A DNA stretch of 64,000 nucleotides from Octopus bimaculoides. Taxonomy: Eukaryota. Below are positions 26,495 to 38,370 of this stretch, one piece after another. The first letter of the stretch is position 1, and each line of letters begins with the position of its first letter. Position numbers and translations under genes: made by a program. The stretch lies in contig NC_068981.1 in assembly GCF_001194135.2 (NCBI RefSeq), positions 126,748,352-126,812,351 of the forward strand. Reading direction: 5' to 3'. The notes beneath the pieces were generated by a model. That model ran no database searches. It saw only the letters and a list, made by a program, of their open reading frames with translations, and was not told the origin of the DNA.

Positions 26495-26935
26495 ATATGA
26501 AAAACCGACAGAAAAGAGATGGTATAAGCAATCACCAAAAATATCTCAGAGAATGACAATGCGAACGTGTTCTGGGAAATGCCAACCTACGCAGACATGA
26601 GGTTCAAGGTTAACCATCCGGATATTGTTCTCAAAGACCAAAAGGAAAGGAAATTCCTCTCCTAATGTAAGTATCAGTCCCAACAGACGATAAAGTATCT
26701 CTAAAAGGAACAGACAATTATTCAAATAGAAAGATCTGGAAACAAAGTTGACACTAAAGTCGGGTTTAAAAACATAAGCAATCCCTATCCTAATAGTTGC
26801 CTTGGGAATGATTAAAACACTTGGAAACAAATATATGAAACAAATTCCAATGACTTACAAATGTGCACAACATACATAAAATAGCAATACTAGGCACAGC
26901 ATATATACTATGTAAAGCACAGTGAATGCAATACA
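26495..26935 (+). mobile_element. Dong/R4-clade LINE 3' end with restriction-like (PD-D/ExK) endonuclease remnant
   Basis: Frame-hopping KRWYKQSP / ENDNANVFWEMP / VNHPDIVLKD / IPILIVALGMIK / KIAILGTAYIL, followed by a trinucleotide tail at 26953-27030. Confidence 0.75.
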
Positions 26936-27117
26936 AAGCCAAAACACTGCACGTAGTAGTAGTAGTAGAAGAAGAAGAAGAAGAAGAAGAAGAAGAAGAA
27001 GAAGAAGAAGAGCAACAACAACAACAACAGTTGTTTCTAATGGAGCTACAAGGCCAGAAATTTGGGGATAGGAGATACCCACGATACGTGACTAATATAA
27101 TGATAATAACTCTCATT

Positions 27118-27301
27118 GTAGGAATAAGGCCAGCGGTTTTGGGGGAAGGTGTTAGTCAATTACATTGACCCCAGTGCTCCACTTCGAAAGGATGAAGGGC
27201 AAAACTGACTTTTGCAGTATTTGAACTCAGAACGTAATGCCAGGAGAAATACCGCTAAACATTTCGTCCAACGTGCTAACGATTCTGCCAGCTCGTCGCC
27301 T
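27118..27301 (-). mobile_element. SINE-like repeat fragment (family B)
   Basis: aggccagcgg...cgaaaggatgaagggcaaaac...tttgaactcagaacgtaa...accgctaa...ctaacgattctgccagctcgtcgcctt. Confidence 0.7.
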
Positions 27302-27699
27302 TTACCAATGCCTTAGAAATAGAATAATTTTATGCATTGGCATAAAGTCGGAGATTTAGCACAAGGAATGCATATAGTCATAGATTTGCTTGGAGCGATA
27401 ATATAGCAATGTAACGATCATGCATTTCCTGTTTTAATTAATTGAAAGAACTCCAAAATAGGAACAAAACTAAATATTGTTTTCGGTTTTAAAGGAAATC
27501 CACGAATACAAAACAAAAGCCTAAAAGACAGACAATTGAAAGGAGAAAGGTGAAAAAAACAAAAAATTGTAAGAAGAAGAAGAAGAAGAAATAAATTACT
27601 GAGCTTAAGGTGGAGGTACATAATGCCATTACAAAACAAAGACAAGACAATCCTCTAGATGACCAATAAAAAAAGAAGTCAACAGAATGGAAATAAACA

Positions 27700-28039
27700 A
27701 AAAATCACAACACTTGCTGAAAAGTGAAGAGTAGAAAGATGAGCCGGAAGGATTCTTGATTGGAACACATGATCAAAGCATTCCTACCAGAAACCACAAA
27801 AAGAATGCAATGCAGAAATAATGATATAAATGTTATTGGGGATGAATTCATTAGTAACGACAGAATATGGAAGTTTGGTGGGGAAGCAATTAAATTGGCT
27901 GCCAAAAAATAGGCATGACAAAACTATATCTATGCAATTATTCCCAAATGGACAAAGCCCCTTGTAGCAGCAATGCCAAGCTAGGGATTTTTGGAAATTG
28001 GCCGTGATCCCCAACCTAAACATTCTCCAGAAGAGAACG

Positions 28040-28040
<1 letters not shown>
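27700..28040 (-). mobile_element. Tx1/L1-clade LINE C-terminal (zf-RVT-like) remnant
   Basis: LFWRMFRLG..ANFQKSLAWHC then, after a frameshift, GALSIWE*LHRY, resembling the F..SLAW.C.R.ALPV.D.L motif of L1/Tx1 ORF2 C-termini. Family recalled from memory. Confidence 0.55.
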
Positions 28041-28084
<44 letters not shown>

Positions 28085-28919
28085 GCAGATTCAAACAACT
28101 AAACATTCTAGGTGTATTTTGTTATCTAATTTATCAGATGACAATATAGAAAGATGTAACTAAAACTTCTCTATTTCTGGAATCTGTTCTTTTTTTATAT
28201 AAACTACATTAAGTGATAATATTAACAAGTTGCTCTTTTATTTAAGAAATGTAAAGATCTCTGCAGTACAGAGATCCGTATTAACAGCTTTCTGACTTTT
28301 GATTTACATTTGTTAAAATTTTATTTTTATGAGTCATTAAAACGTACATTCAGCATTCTCTTCTTTTCTCTTCAAACTATATATGTAATAGCGTGATCAC
28401 ATTTTCGAGTATCACTGTAACGATATTTTGTTCGTAGTCATAATTCAGGACATTTTGCTTTCATTTTAAAACTTAACTTAAAGCGCAATCAACGGAAACA
28501 ACATATTAGTAAGAAATATGAAAATAAAATTCTTAAATGATCGAACTAGTCAAAACTTAAGGATGTTAGGAACTAAAATTTGAATAATTAAATACATATT
28601 ATATAGAAGGATACTGGATAAATTTTCAAAACGTGACTCCTGTACAAGAAACTTGGCTTTGTGTTCAACCAACTGAAAATAGTCTAGAAGAAACCTCCAC
28701 TCTTGACGACAGTTAGACAAATCCAGTTTTTCTACTCAAGGATAAATTGCATTGTTTCAGTTTCTTTAATTTCTCTGATATAAAAATAAAAATTTACATA
28801 ATATGAAGTAGCTTTGCCAACAATACTCCAATTTATAATTGGAGGATCCGTGATCCCGGAGTTTCTACATGAATAGAAATAGGAATACAGGTGAGGATTA
28901 TAATGTCCTTGAAATCGAT

Positions 28920-29620
28920 GGCAGTGAGCCTCATATAATTCTGTAGCATGTTGAATAACTTATGCCAAATATAACGCCTTTAGCAAAGCCAGATTCATTA
29001 GAAATCAATTGTTTCAATAATTGCAAGATGAGTTTTGAGGCTGTGGAGCTGTCTTCGATGGTGATGTGTGCTGATGAAAGTGATGTATAGACAAGAATAG
29101 TTATCCTTAACATTGTGTACATTGAAAATCTTGTGGAATTTATGTACTAGTGGGAGTGGTACTTTGCAAGAAATAGGATACTTCTGGATATGTCCATAGA
29201 AATATTTAAATTAGCGTGAACGGTAATCAGATTATTTTGTCATCCTCTATTTTAATTTATTAAAATATTCTTTGAATAAAATAGCTTTTCACTGAAGCTA
29301 TTCCTGGCTCGCACTATGGTATAAGAAAGGTACTATCCTATCAGAAATTCCTCTGTCCAAGGATAATTTGAAGATTGTTCTGTTTGATTTGTCTGCAAGT
29401 ATTTATTAGATGTTGCAAGTGTAAAGATGCTCACAATATGAAAGATGTCTTTTGTTGTTCAAGATATTTAGGAAGGTATTGGTTGTATGTAAATATCATG
29501 CCTCTTTAATTGGCTTGATTAAGTGGTATTCGAAATGCTCAAAACCTTTGATTTGACAGGAGCCGTTTTGCATTTTAAATTCTCTCTCTTGTTTGCAGAC
29601 CTAAAGTTGGACTATTAGAT
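28920..29620 (-). mobile_element. Penelope-like element remnant (RT to GIY-YIG linker)
   Basis: The minus strand around 29090-29150 reads HKFHKIFNVHNVKDNYSCL, matching the PLE motif HKL.KIFNR..VK.SYSC. The boundaries are approximate. Confidence 0.55.
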
Positions 29621-32600
29621 AATAATGAAGGCAAACATTGTCCTTAGGGAATTTTCATCAGAGTAGCACGCTGATTCAAATGATTCGCAAAATCCTCAAC
29701 TTCCTGTCACGCAAATTAGCCACCGTTGCTGAAAATATACTTCAGCCGCGTCGTCTCCTTTACGAAATAGTAGCCTAAAATATTTTCGACTACGTTACCT
29801 ACTTTGATCTACTTTGCTAATCACCATTGCGAATGCTTTTAGAAGCGATTTGCGTTTAACATCTTCAGTCATAAAAGACATATGAAAGATCACATACGTA
29901 TTTTCGTGTTATAAAACCTTGAATAATATACTGATTATTTATCAATAGTTTAGCATTAGATATAAAGCAATATAATGGGTGCTGTTTCCTTTCGTTTGTA
30001 CATATAAACGTATAACTGTGTGTATGTAATGCATGTGTATATATATATGAATGTGTCTTTATAAATACCTATACAAACATATGTGTCTATGTGTGTTTGT
30101 TTAAATGTATAAGGGCCTTCAATGTATTTATTGATATTATTGCATAAATGCACGAAGAATGTAAATAACATCACAGAATTACAGACAGATTGCATTGATG
30201 TAGGTGTGGGTTGGTGTGAATCTGGTTTTATGTGTAAATATCAGTGAGCGTGTCTTTGTGTGCGTGTGTGGACCTATTTATGAAGCAATTGACATCATAT
30301 CTGCTACTGCATAGCCAGTTCCATTCTCTATTCTATTTTAATTCCTCCCCGAATACAACCAATCTAGTATCTTACCAACCAGGACACAGTGACATTTGTA
30401 ACTGAATACATGAAGTTTAGTAAATACATCAAATACATAAAAATTACACTAACCAAAGCATTAAATTTGTTATGTTTTTGCTCCACATTCCCTTTTGTGT
30501 CAATGTCATTAGTCGGCACATTACTAATGTGCCCAAATAACATCAGTTATGTAAATTTTTGACTTAAAGTCAGTCTGATGTATTTTCTCACATTAATTTT
30601 ATTTATATAGTTTTCATTTATCGTAAACTGGTTGTTGTAAAAACTTTCCCTGAAAATAGTAATTTCTTGGTATAAATATTCTCCGGGTTTGGATGTTAAC
30701 TATCATATTGTAAATTAATGAACCTCGACCATTTATATTGCATTTCTGCTACTTAGGGTGATTAAATGAAATATTCCCTGTACGTTCCTTCAACTAGGAC
30801 AAGTGTGATGTCTGTGGCTGGGGCACTTGACAGAGCCTATGTTGAGATTTTAACTGCAGATCCTTAAAACAACAGAGTGATAGCCTGCTGAAACTGATTT
30901 CTAATATTTCTGTAAGAAATGAAATGTCTCTTAAATTTATATGTAATATCAATAAATATGTTAACAATGTACAGTTCTAACATATTTGGTAATGGGCTAA
31001 CTTGAAACAATTGTACAGTAAACAAAATTACTACTATGTTTCACTTTTCCAGCAAATGCTAAACACCATTTTGTCCTCTTTTGATCGCATCAGCTAAATA
31101 AAGCCTTCATTGTACGAGCCTAAGTAAAGACGAGAAAATCATACAGTGACAGTACAAGGTTGTTCATTTATTGGCATAGGAAAATAGAATTCTTTAGAGA
31201 ACAGTCAATTCAAAGACACCATCTACATAAAAAAGACAATAGTTAAGTTAGTAAAGTACTTCGTGAAAGTAGCACTAAACATATTTCATGCAGAGAGCAT
31301 TAAAAAGCTTACTAGAAATAAATATACTATGAGGAAAAGTCAATATTAGTGAATTACTAATATTATTTTCATTTTTTTACTAGTAACTGCGAAAGACGAT
31401 TCCGAGTATGTTTTGATCTTATCCTGACCTCATCAGTGAAACATAGGACAAGTACTACAGAGAAATAATTAAACTCCTATTTAGCAGAGTCTGAGTAGTA
31501 AATTGCTTTCCTACTGTCAATAAACTGGTGTTGTGTTTTTAAGTGGTTAATAATTTTTGAGAAATGTATGGACTCATATAATCTCAAACCTCGCTCGAGA
31601 ATCAATATTTTATGTATTTCTTTTTATAGTATTTCTACTATAAATATACAACCATTAAGGCCTCTATTAATATAATATAATGTAATATATTAACAAATAT
31701 ATATAACATATAGTACTTCCTCTCTGTTTCCCTCGTATCACAGATCGCTGCATCATATATAAACATCGTTCGCTGTTCATGGTGTCTGGTTTAAATGTAG
31801 TACGATACGATTACTCTGCTCCTTGCTTCACAGAATACATTTCCTTTGAGTTTCTGTTGGCTACCTTATATCTGCTTGCCAAAATATTTACACAGTATCG
31901 GATCCTATGTACAGTTGTAGTTTCGTTATAGTATAAATAGTAATGAATATATTCTAATTTAATGGGAGGACGGTTCATATATTTGTTTGTTGGGTTGTTT
32001 TTTTTAATAATAATGATAATGATAATAATAATAACGGTAGTGGTGGTAGTGGGGTGATAATAATTACGCTGATGTGAATAATAAGAATAAGAATACTTTG
32101 AAATGTAGGCGGAAACGTATCAGATACTTTACATATGTACCTCCCTTGAGGCCAAATAATGTTAAACAACATCCCTTCCTTAATCTAAAGGAGGAATAAG
32201 TGACCCAGCTGATTAAACGTGTTTTAAAGACCACCTGTTACCACTTCTACTCTTAATCTATTTTCAAGTTAGCTTTCTTTTTGAAAGAAATATGTACCAA
32301 TAATTATTTTCATCAAAGATGAAATAACTGAGCTGTTAAAGTATTGCACTACAATCATACGGACCGTGAATTATTGCTGTTGATTTTATTGCTGCTACCA
32401 CTTCTATTGGTATTGTTGTTGTTTAACTCCAAGCTATGACCATTTTTTTATAAACATACGTTCTCTGCGGTGTTCTTCTTTAACAGTAGGATGTGCAGCT
32501 CTTATTTCTAACATTTCTAACAAGCCAAGTGACTGCAGAGAGGCCTCTTTCATTGGCTCCTGTTGCTGCTGATAGTATTCTGTCTTAACGTGTTTCAGTT

Positions 32601-34060
32601 CACCAAGAAAAATATCAGATCTTATGGGAATGCTTCTAGCTACAGACATACACCATATATAATATATTCATATCGCATATACTTATGAAATACATACGTA
32701 AACACCGAAATATGGATTACCTGCTATTCGCATAGAGGTCAATCATTTTATGTTAAAGAGCTGACTGGATAAGGCATATGAATATAAATTAGGAATGTCT
32801 GAATTTATATCTGCAGCGGGCGTTGCAGTGTGTTTCTAAACCCGTAATTTTATTCCAAGTGAGTAGATTTCTAGCAGAGAAAATTCTATACCTTCATTGT
32901 ACTGTTAAAGCAGCTGAACAAACATAAAGTTAAAGCATATACCTGAAATGACCATCAGAACAGAAGATTATGGAGATTATATGTGAAATTCTAAAAAAAT
33001 GAAGAATTTATTGCTAAGTAAATAAAAGATGTCCCAAAAAGATCTGATGCCAACGCCAACATTTCTATATGGTCTCTACAGAAATAGTAGTTAAATCACC
33101 CTCATATCACTCCTACCAAATTAAATTAAGGAAGGGAACATTGGATTATATAGTTCAAATTATAATAACTAAAGACAAAATTCACGATTACATTTGGAAC
33201 ACTTACTATCATAATGTCTGCTGAATCATTGCTGACCTTTGATTTAAAAAAAACAAGAGCCTCACCGGTATACTTGTTTCAGAGTATTTTATCGATTTCA
33301 TCGGAACCTCTTTTTCATAAATTTCTTTTGCATCTTTATAGAGGTTTGGATTATGTTAGATAAAATTTATATAAACTTTGTAAATGTGTACAAAACTATA
33401 CCTTACGTCCACATCGAGATGTCAGCGTAAATTTAGTGTTACTGTTTGCTTACAAACATCTCATTTAATAAAAAGAAAGCAAGTTGTTACAATAGCGAGA
33501 CTTTGGAGTCTCACCTAAGGGAGCAGTGACTGAACTATATACCCAAATGGAATTTGAACTCTGAGGCATATACGACTCTCATACTGACATTGCGAACTAT
33601 GCATCTCCATTGCAGACGACATATGTGTATTAAATATGCAATCTCCGTGCATAAACCGGGAGACCCGTTTCCTTCTTTCACGGCTGAAGGCAGACGTTTA
33701 AACAGATGATGTGGTCATATATGCGAAGCGGCCAAATTCATCTTACTAATTTATTTACGAGAATGAAGATGACCCTAGAAGCTAATATCAATAACCGCCC
33801 TGTATTCTAAGGTTTATAAGCCACCTCCGCCTTCAAAATACAAGAGCTTTCCTTCCCCACCAACTTGATGATGACTTCCGAAATATAAACATTCACTCGT
33901 TTGCCAATTACAAGGAAATCATAGAAAGACAGTGTTCGAGCCACGCAGTCATAGCATTCTCTACTTGTCAGGTATACGCTTCTCACATATTCCACATCAT
34001 TCAGATTGAATAGCAATATATGAGGAAATAGAATTATTTCTGGTCTTGTCATATATTAAC

Positions 34061-34262
34061 TGGCACTCCGTCGGTTACAACGGCGAGTGATCCAGATGTT
34101 CCGATCAACGGAACAGCTTTATCGTGAAGTTAACGTCCAAGTGGCTGAGCGCTCTCACGCGTACCCTTAAGTAGTTCTCATGGATATTCAGTGTGACACA
34201 GAATGTGACAAGGCTGGCCGTTTGAAATACAAGTCCTATTCATTTTTGCCAGCTGAGTGAAC
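34061..34262 (-). mobile_element. SINE 3' part sharing its tail with the 60629 SINE
   Basis: Reverse complement ...ggccagccttgtcacattc...ttaagggtacgcgt...gctgttccgttgatcggaac...gtaaccgacggagtgcca matches about 60830-61005. Confidence 0.8.
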
Positions 34263-34370
34263 TGTTTTAAAAACAGTTTACAAGAAAGTATTTAAGAAAG
34301 TAATCAGAACGGGACTCCAAAAAGTATTATGAGTTCAATAAAAATCATGTTTGTTTGGCAGTATATACAT

Positions 34371-34550
34371 AATAGGCGCAGGAGTAGCAATAGGCGCAGG
34401 AGTGGCAATAGGCGCAGGAGTGGCAATAGGCGCAGGAGTTGCAATAGGCGCAGGAGTGGCAATAGGCGCAGGAGTGGCAATACGCGCAGGAGTGGCAATA
34501 CGCGCAGGAGTGGCAATAGGCGCAGGACTGGCAATAGGCGCAGGAGTGGC
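34371..34550 (+). repeat. 18-bp minisatellite x10 (aataggcgcaggagtggc)
   Basis: Ten tandem units. The unit equals the 5' terminus of the family A SINE (compare ...cactcctgcgccta at about 50240-50253). Confidence 0.95.
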
Positions 34551-34945
34551 TGTGTGGTAAGTAGCTTGCTTACAAACCTCATGGTTCCGGGTTCAGTCCC
34601 ACTGCATGGCACCTTGGGCAGGTGTCTTCTACTATAGCCTCGGGTCGACCAAAGCCTTGTGAGCGGATTTAGTGAGACGGAAACTGAAAGAAGCCCGTCG
34701 TATATATGTATATATAATTGTGTATGCGTGTGTATATGTTGTGTATCTGTGTTTGTCGCCCCAATATCGCTTGACAACCGACTCTGGTGTATTTAGGTCA
34801 CCGTACCTTAGCGGTTCTGCAAAAGAGTGCGATAGAATAAGTACTAGGCTTACAAAGAATAAGTCCTGGGGTCGATTTGATTCGACTAAAGGCGGTGCTC
34901 CAACATGGCTGCAGTCAAATGATTGAAATAAGTAAAAGAATATAA
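34533..34945 (+). mobile_element. Full-length tRNA-head SINE (family A)
   Basis: A-box-like tggctgtgtgg, B-box-like ggttcagtccc, central microsatellite and a 3' tail ...gcagtcaaatgattgaaataagtaaaagaa. An antisense copy lies at 49848-50253. Confidence 0.85.
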
Positions 34946-35866
34946 GAAAACACAGGAGATATATCTAAGAATTTACAAAGAATTGTAGAGGAATAACTGA
35001 CCTGTCTTTCTGACATTTTGTCTTCAGAATGTCAGAAAGACAGGTCAGTTATTCCTCTACATTGTTTTGTAAATTCTTAAATATATCTCATTCTGTCTAT
35101 ATGTATACTACCAAACAAACATGATTTTTATTGAACTCATAATACTTTTTGGAGTCCCGTTCTGATTACTTTCTTAAATACTTTCTTGTAAACTGTTTTT
35201 AACAATTTCTTATTATTATCAAAGAATGTATATCTGTATTTTAATACTTTTGTGATAACCAGTACTTAACACAACAAAGTTCATACAAAGCTTTACATTT
35301 TACTTTTGACAATCTTTTTCTAAAAAAGTGAAACCGGTCAAGTGAATAAACATCTATAATTGCATTTTCAAACCCTTCTTTCATATATATTTCGACTCGT
35401 GCGGTACCTTACAACTTTACTTTGTTATATATATAATATATANNNNNNNNNNNNNNNNNNNNNNNNNNNNNNNNNNNNNNNNNNNNNNNNNNNNNNNNNN
35501 NNNNNNNNNNNNNNNNNNNNNNNNNNNNNNNNNNNNNNNNNNNNNNNNNNNNNNNNNNNNNNNNNNNNNNNNNNNNNNNNNNNNNNNNNNNNNNNNNNNN
35601 NNNNNNNNNNNNNNNNNNNNNNNNNNNNNNNNNNNNNNNNNNNNNNNNNNNNNNNNNNNNNNNNNNNNNNNNNNNNNNNNNNNNNNNNNNNNNNNNNNNN
35701 NNNNNNNNNNNNNNNNNNNNNNNNNNNNNNNNNNNNNNNNNNNNNNNNNNNNNNNNNNNNNNNNNNNNNNNNNNNNNNNNNNNNNNNNNNNNNNNNNNNN
35801 NNNNNNNNNNNNNNNNNNNNNNNNNNNNNNNNNNNNNNNNNNNNNNNNNNNNNNNNNNNNNNNNNN

Positions 35867-35903
<37 letters not shown>

Positions 35904-36532
35904 TACATACATCTTCAAAATATCTTAGAAAATACACTGACCATAATGAAAACAACCTATGTCACCACCTCCCCAATCATTTAACTAACAGAGAATGTTG
36001 TAGATATTTCATTCTCTTAACTGCCGCATACAGAAATTACCACACAATATAATAAACAACTAAGAAAAAATTTAGACTAAACTCCCATCTATAGCCTACC
36101 TCAAGGAGGAAAACACTGAATGAGCCTCTTCATAGTCGCTCGACCAGATCTAGCAATCACATGCTTTCTATTCTATATCTCAGTAGAATGTGTCCACATT
36201 AAAGCTGATTTAAATACAAAACTTTTGACACATTTTGGGCAAAATCAACAGAGTGCAAGTGTTGTTTTCACAAACGAGGTATATGAGTCACGTGTTCGAA
36301 CTGTTGCTTTTGTCAATAGACTGCTTCACATAGATCCTTGAGGTACTGCTGAATGCTAACAATTTCAACCGCGGCTGTCACTTTCTTAAAATTCAAAACC
36401 ATAATCAGCGTGATCACACTTAAATCGTTTGGATCATTTATAGACTAAATTATGATTATATAGTAAATGTATATTTGTATCTTAAACTCAGAGCAAACGT
36501 GCAAAAAATTGTTACTCAACGTAATTGATATT

Positions 36533-36725
36533 GGTTTCAAATTTTCGCACAAGGCCAGCAACTTCAGATAAGTGGATAAGTCGATTACATCAACCCTAGT
36601 ACTCAACTGGTACTTATTTCATCGACCCCAAAAGGATGAAAAGTTAAATCAAACTCAACAGAATTTGAACTCTGAACGTAAAGGCGGACGAGTTGTCGCT
36701 AAGCATTCTGCCAACTTGACACCTT
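36533..36725 (-). mobile_element. SINE-like repeat fragment (family B)
   Basis: tttcaaattttcgcacaaggccagca...atcgaccccaaaaggatgaaa...tttgaactctgaacgtaaag. Confidence 0.7.
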
Positions 36726-37149
36726 CAAATCAATGTAATTGATATTAACTTACATAATGAACTTTTACTTTCATAAATGATATTTGGGAAATGAAGTTAC
36801 AAGATGATACTTCAGTTGTTAAAAGGTTAGCTTATTGAATCTTAGAATCGTTGATTTTTTTTCAAACACGTATTTCATCCCTGAAATTTGAAATTGACGA
36901 TTCCATACAGCTCTTGCGGTAATATGTAGCAGAATTATATTAACATGTTGATCCTATGTTAAACAAGACATATTACTAAGAGTTGACATTTTCAATTTGA
37001 ACATAACTTTGATTCTATATACACTAGTTACTCCTCGTTCGTTTATAAATACTGATATCCCAAGATTTCTCGGAACATAATGACTAATTTTTAAAATTAG
37101 TTTCTTTCCTTTAAAATAAGAGCATGCGTGTATATACATATATACATAT

Positions 37150-37194
<45 letters not shown>

Positions 37195-38159
37195 NNNNNN
37201 NNNNNNNNNNNNNNNNNNNNNNNNNNNNNNNNNNNNNNNNNNNNNNNNNNNNNNNNNNNNNNNNNNNNNNNNNNNNNNNNNNNNNNNNNNNNNNNNNNNN
37301 NNNNNNNNNNNNNNNNNNNNNNNNNNNNNNNNNNNNNNNNNNNNNNNNNNNNNNNNNNNNNNNNNNNNNNNNNNNNNNNNNNNNNNNNNNNNNNNNNNNN
37401 NNNNNNNNNNNNNNNNNNNNNTATATGTATAAATATATATATATACATATATATATATATGTACATATATATAATATATATATATATATATATAATGGCT
37501 TCACACTGTTTTCATACTGAAAGCAGAGCAGTCTTGTTGAGTTTGTTGTTATTGTGTTGTGTTTAAAAGATACAATTTTACTGGAGGTGGAGCTCAAGTT
37601 TCACAGTCGGTGTTTTGCAATGTAAAGATTTTTGAAAAACTTAAAACACACCCATTTTTAACTGGAATCGTACAATGCTCGACCAAATAATAACAAAAGA
37701 TACCATCTGTCTGTGAAATATTGTCTGTAAATCTTGTTTCAGTATAGTAGAAAAAAGTTTTAAATAACATTTGAAATAATATAAGAAATAATATTTCTTC
37801 TTTTGTCTCATCTTTTATTCGGTTACGTAACTGTCCTAGATTTACTCAAATGGTTATATTTGTCAAAAAAAGGCCAAAAAAAGTAGGTTACAAACGAAAA
37901 AAGCGTTCATATTCAATCAGTATCGCACTTAGATATTTACTTAATAAACGGCTTCATTATCCAAATATATTAAAACATGTCAACAGCATTTCGTACGAGA
38001 AATAAAATGTTTCTTCTAATAGAATGTTATCTGTTCAGTTGTGCAAATTACGATATTTAAGATACATTAAATTTAACATTAGTCTGTCAGTTCTTTCCAG
38101 AACCATTTAATTCCTAAGAAGAGTACCTACTAACCAAGTAATTTTCAAGTTTCCGTATT

Positions 38160-38370
38160 AGTACATCACAAATTTCTCGAGCTACATTGGCAATCTCTAT
38201 GCAGTCACCTAACCTGCTAAGAACAGTAGTCACATCTCAAATCTCCTTCAAATCACATCTATTATCTTAGGAAGAAACACACTGAACAATATAGCTCTAG
38301 AGCTATTATGTCTAAATTAAAGGCAGTATAGTTACAGCTGGCATGTATGATAATAACTCTGCTCAATCAA
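38160..38370 (+). repeat. Old interspersed repeat with diverged relatives at about 33060-33240 (+) and about 2030-2165 (-)
   Basis: Shared cctgcta.gaa..agta...aaatc.ccct.a.atcac...  a.cattgga.ta..tag frame across three places; low identity, judged by eye. Confidence 0.4.

Larger units (their letters stand above)
34267..35203. mobile_element. Foldback (long palindromic) element interrupted in its left arm by a SINE
   Basis: Right arm 35028-35203 is the reverse complement of 34267-34371 plus about 34950-35017; the loop is ttgtcttcag (35018-35027). Confidence 0.9.

Noticed and set aside
34304-34777. Arg-rich, (LLPLLR)n and (IGAGVA)n repeat ORFs
   Set aside because: They are translations of the 18-bp SINE-head minisatellite; there is no splice or start context.
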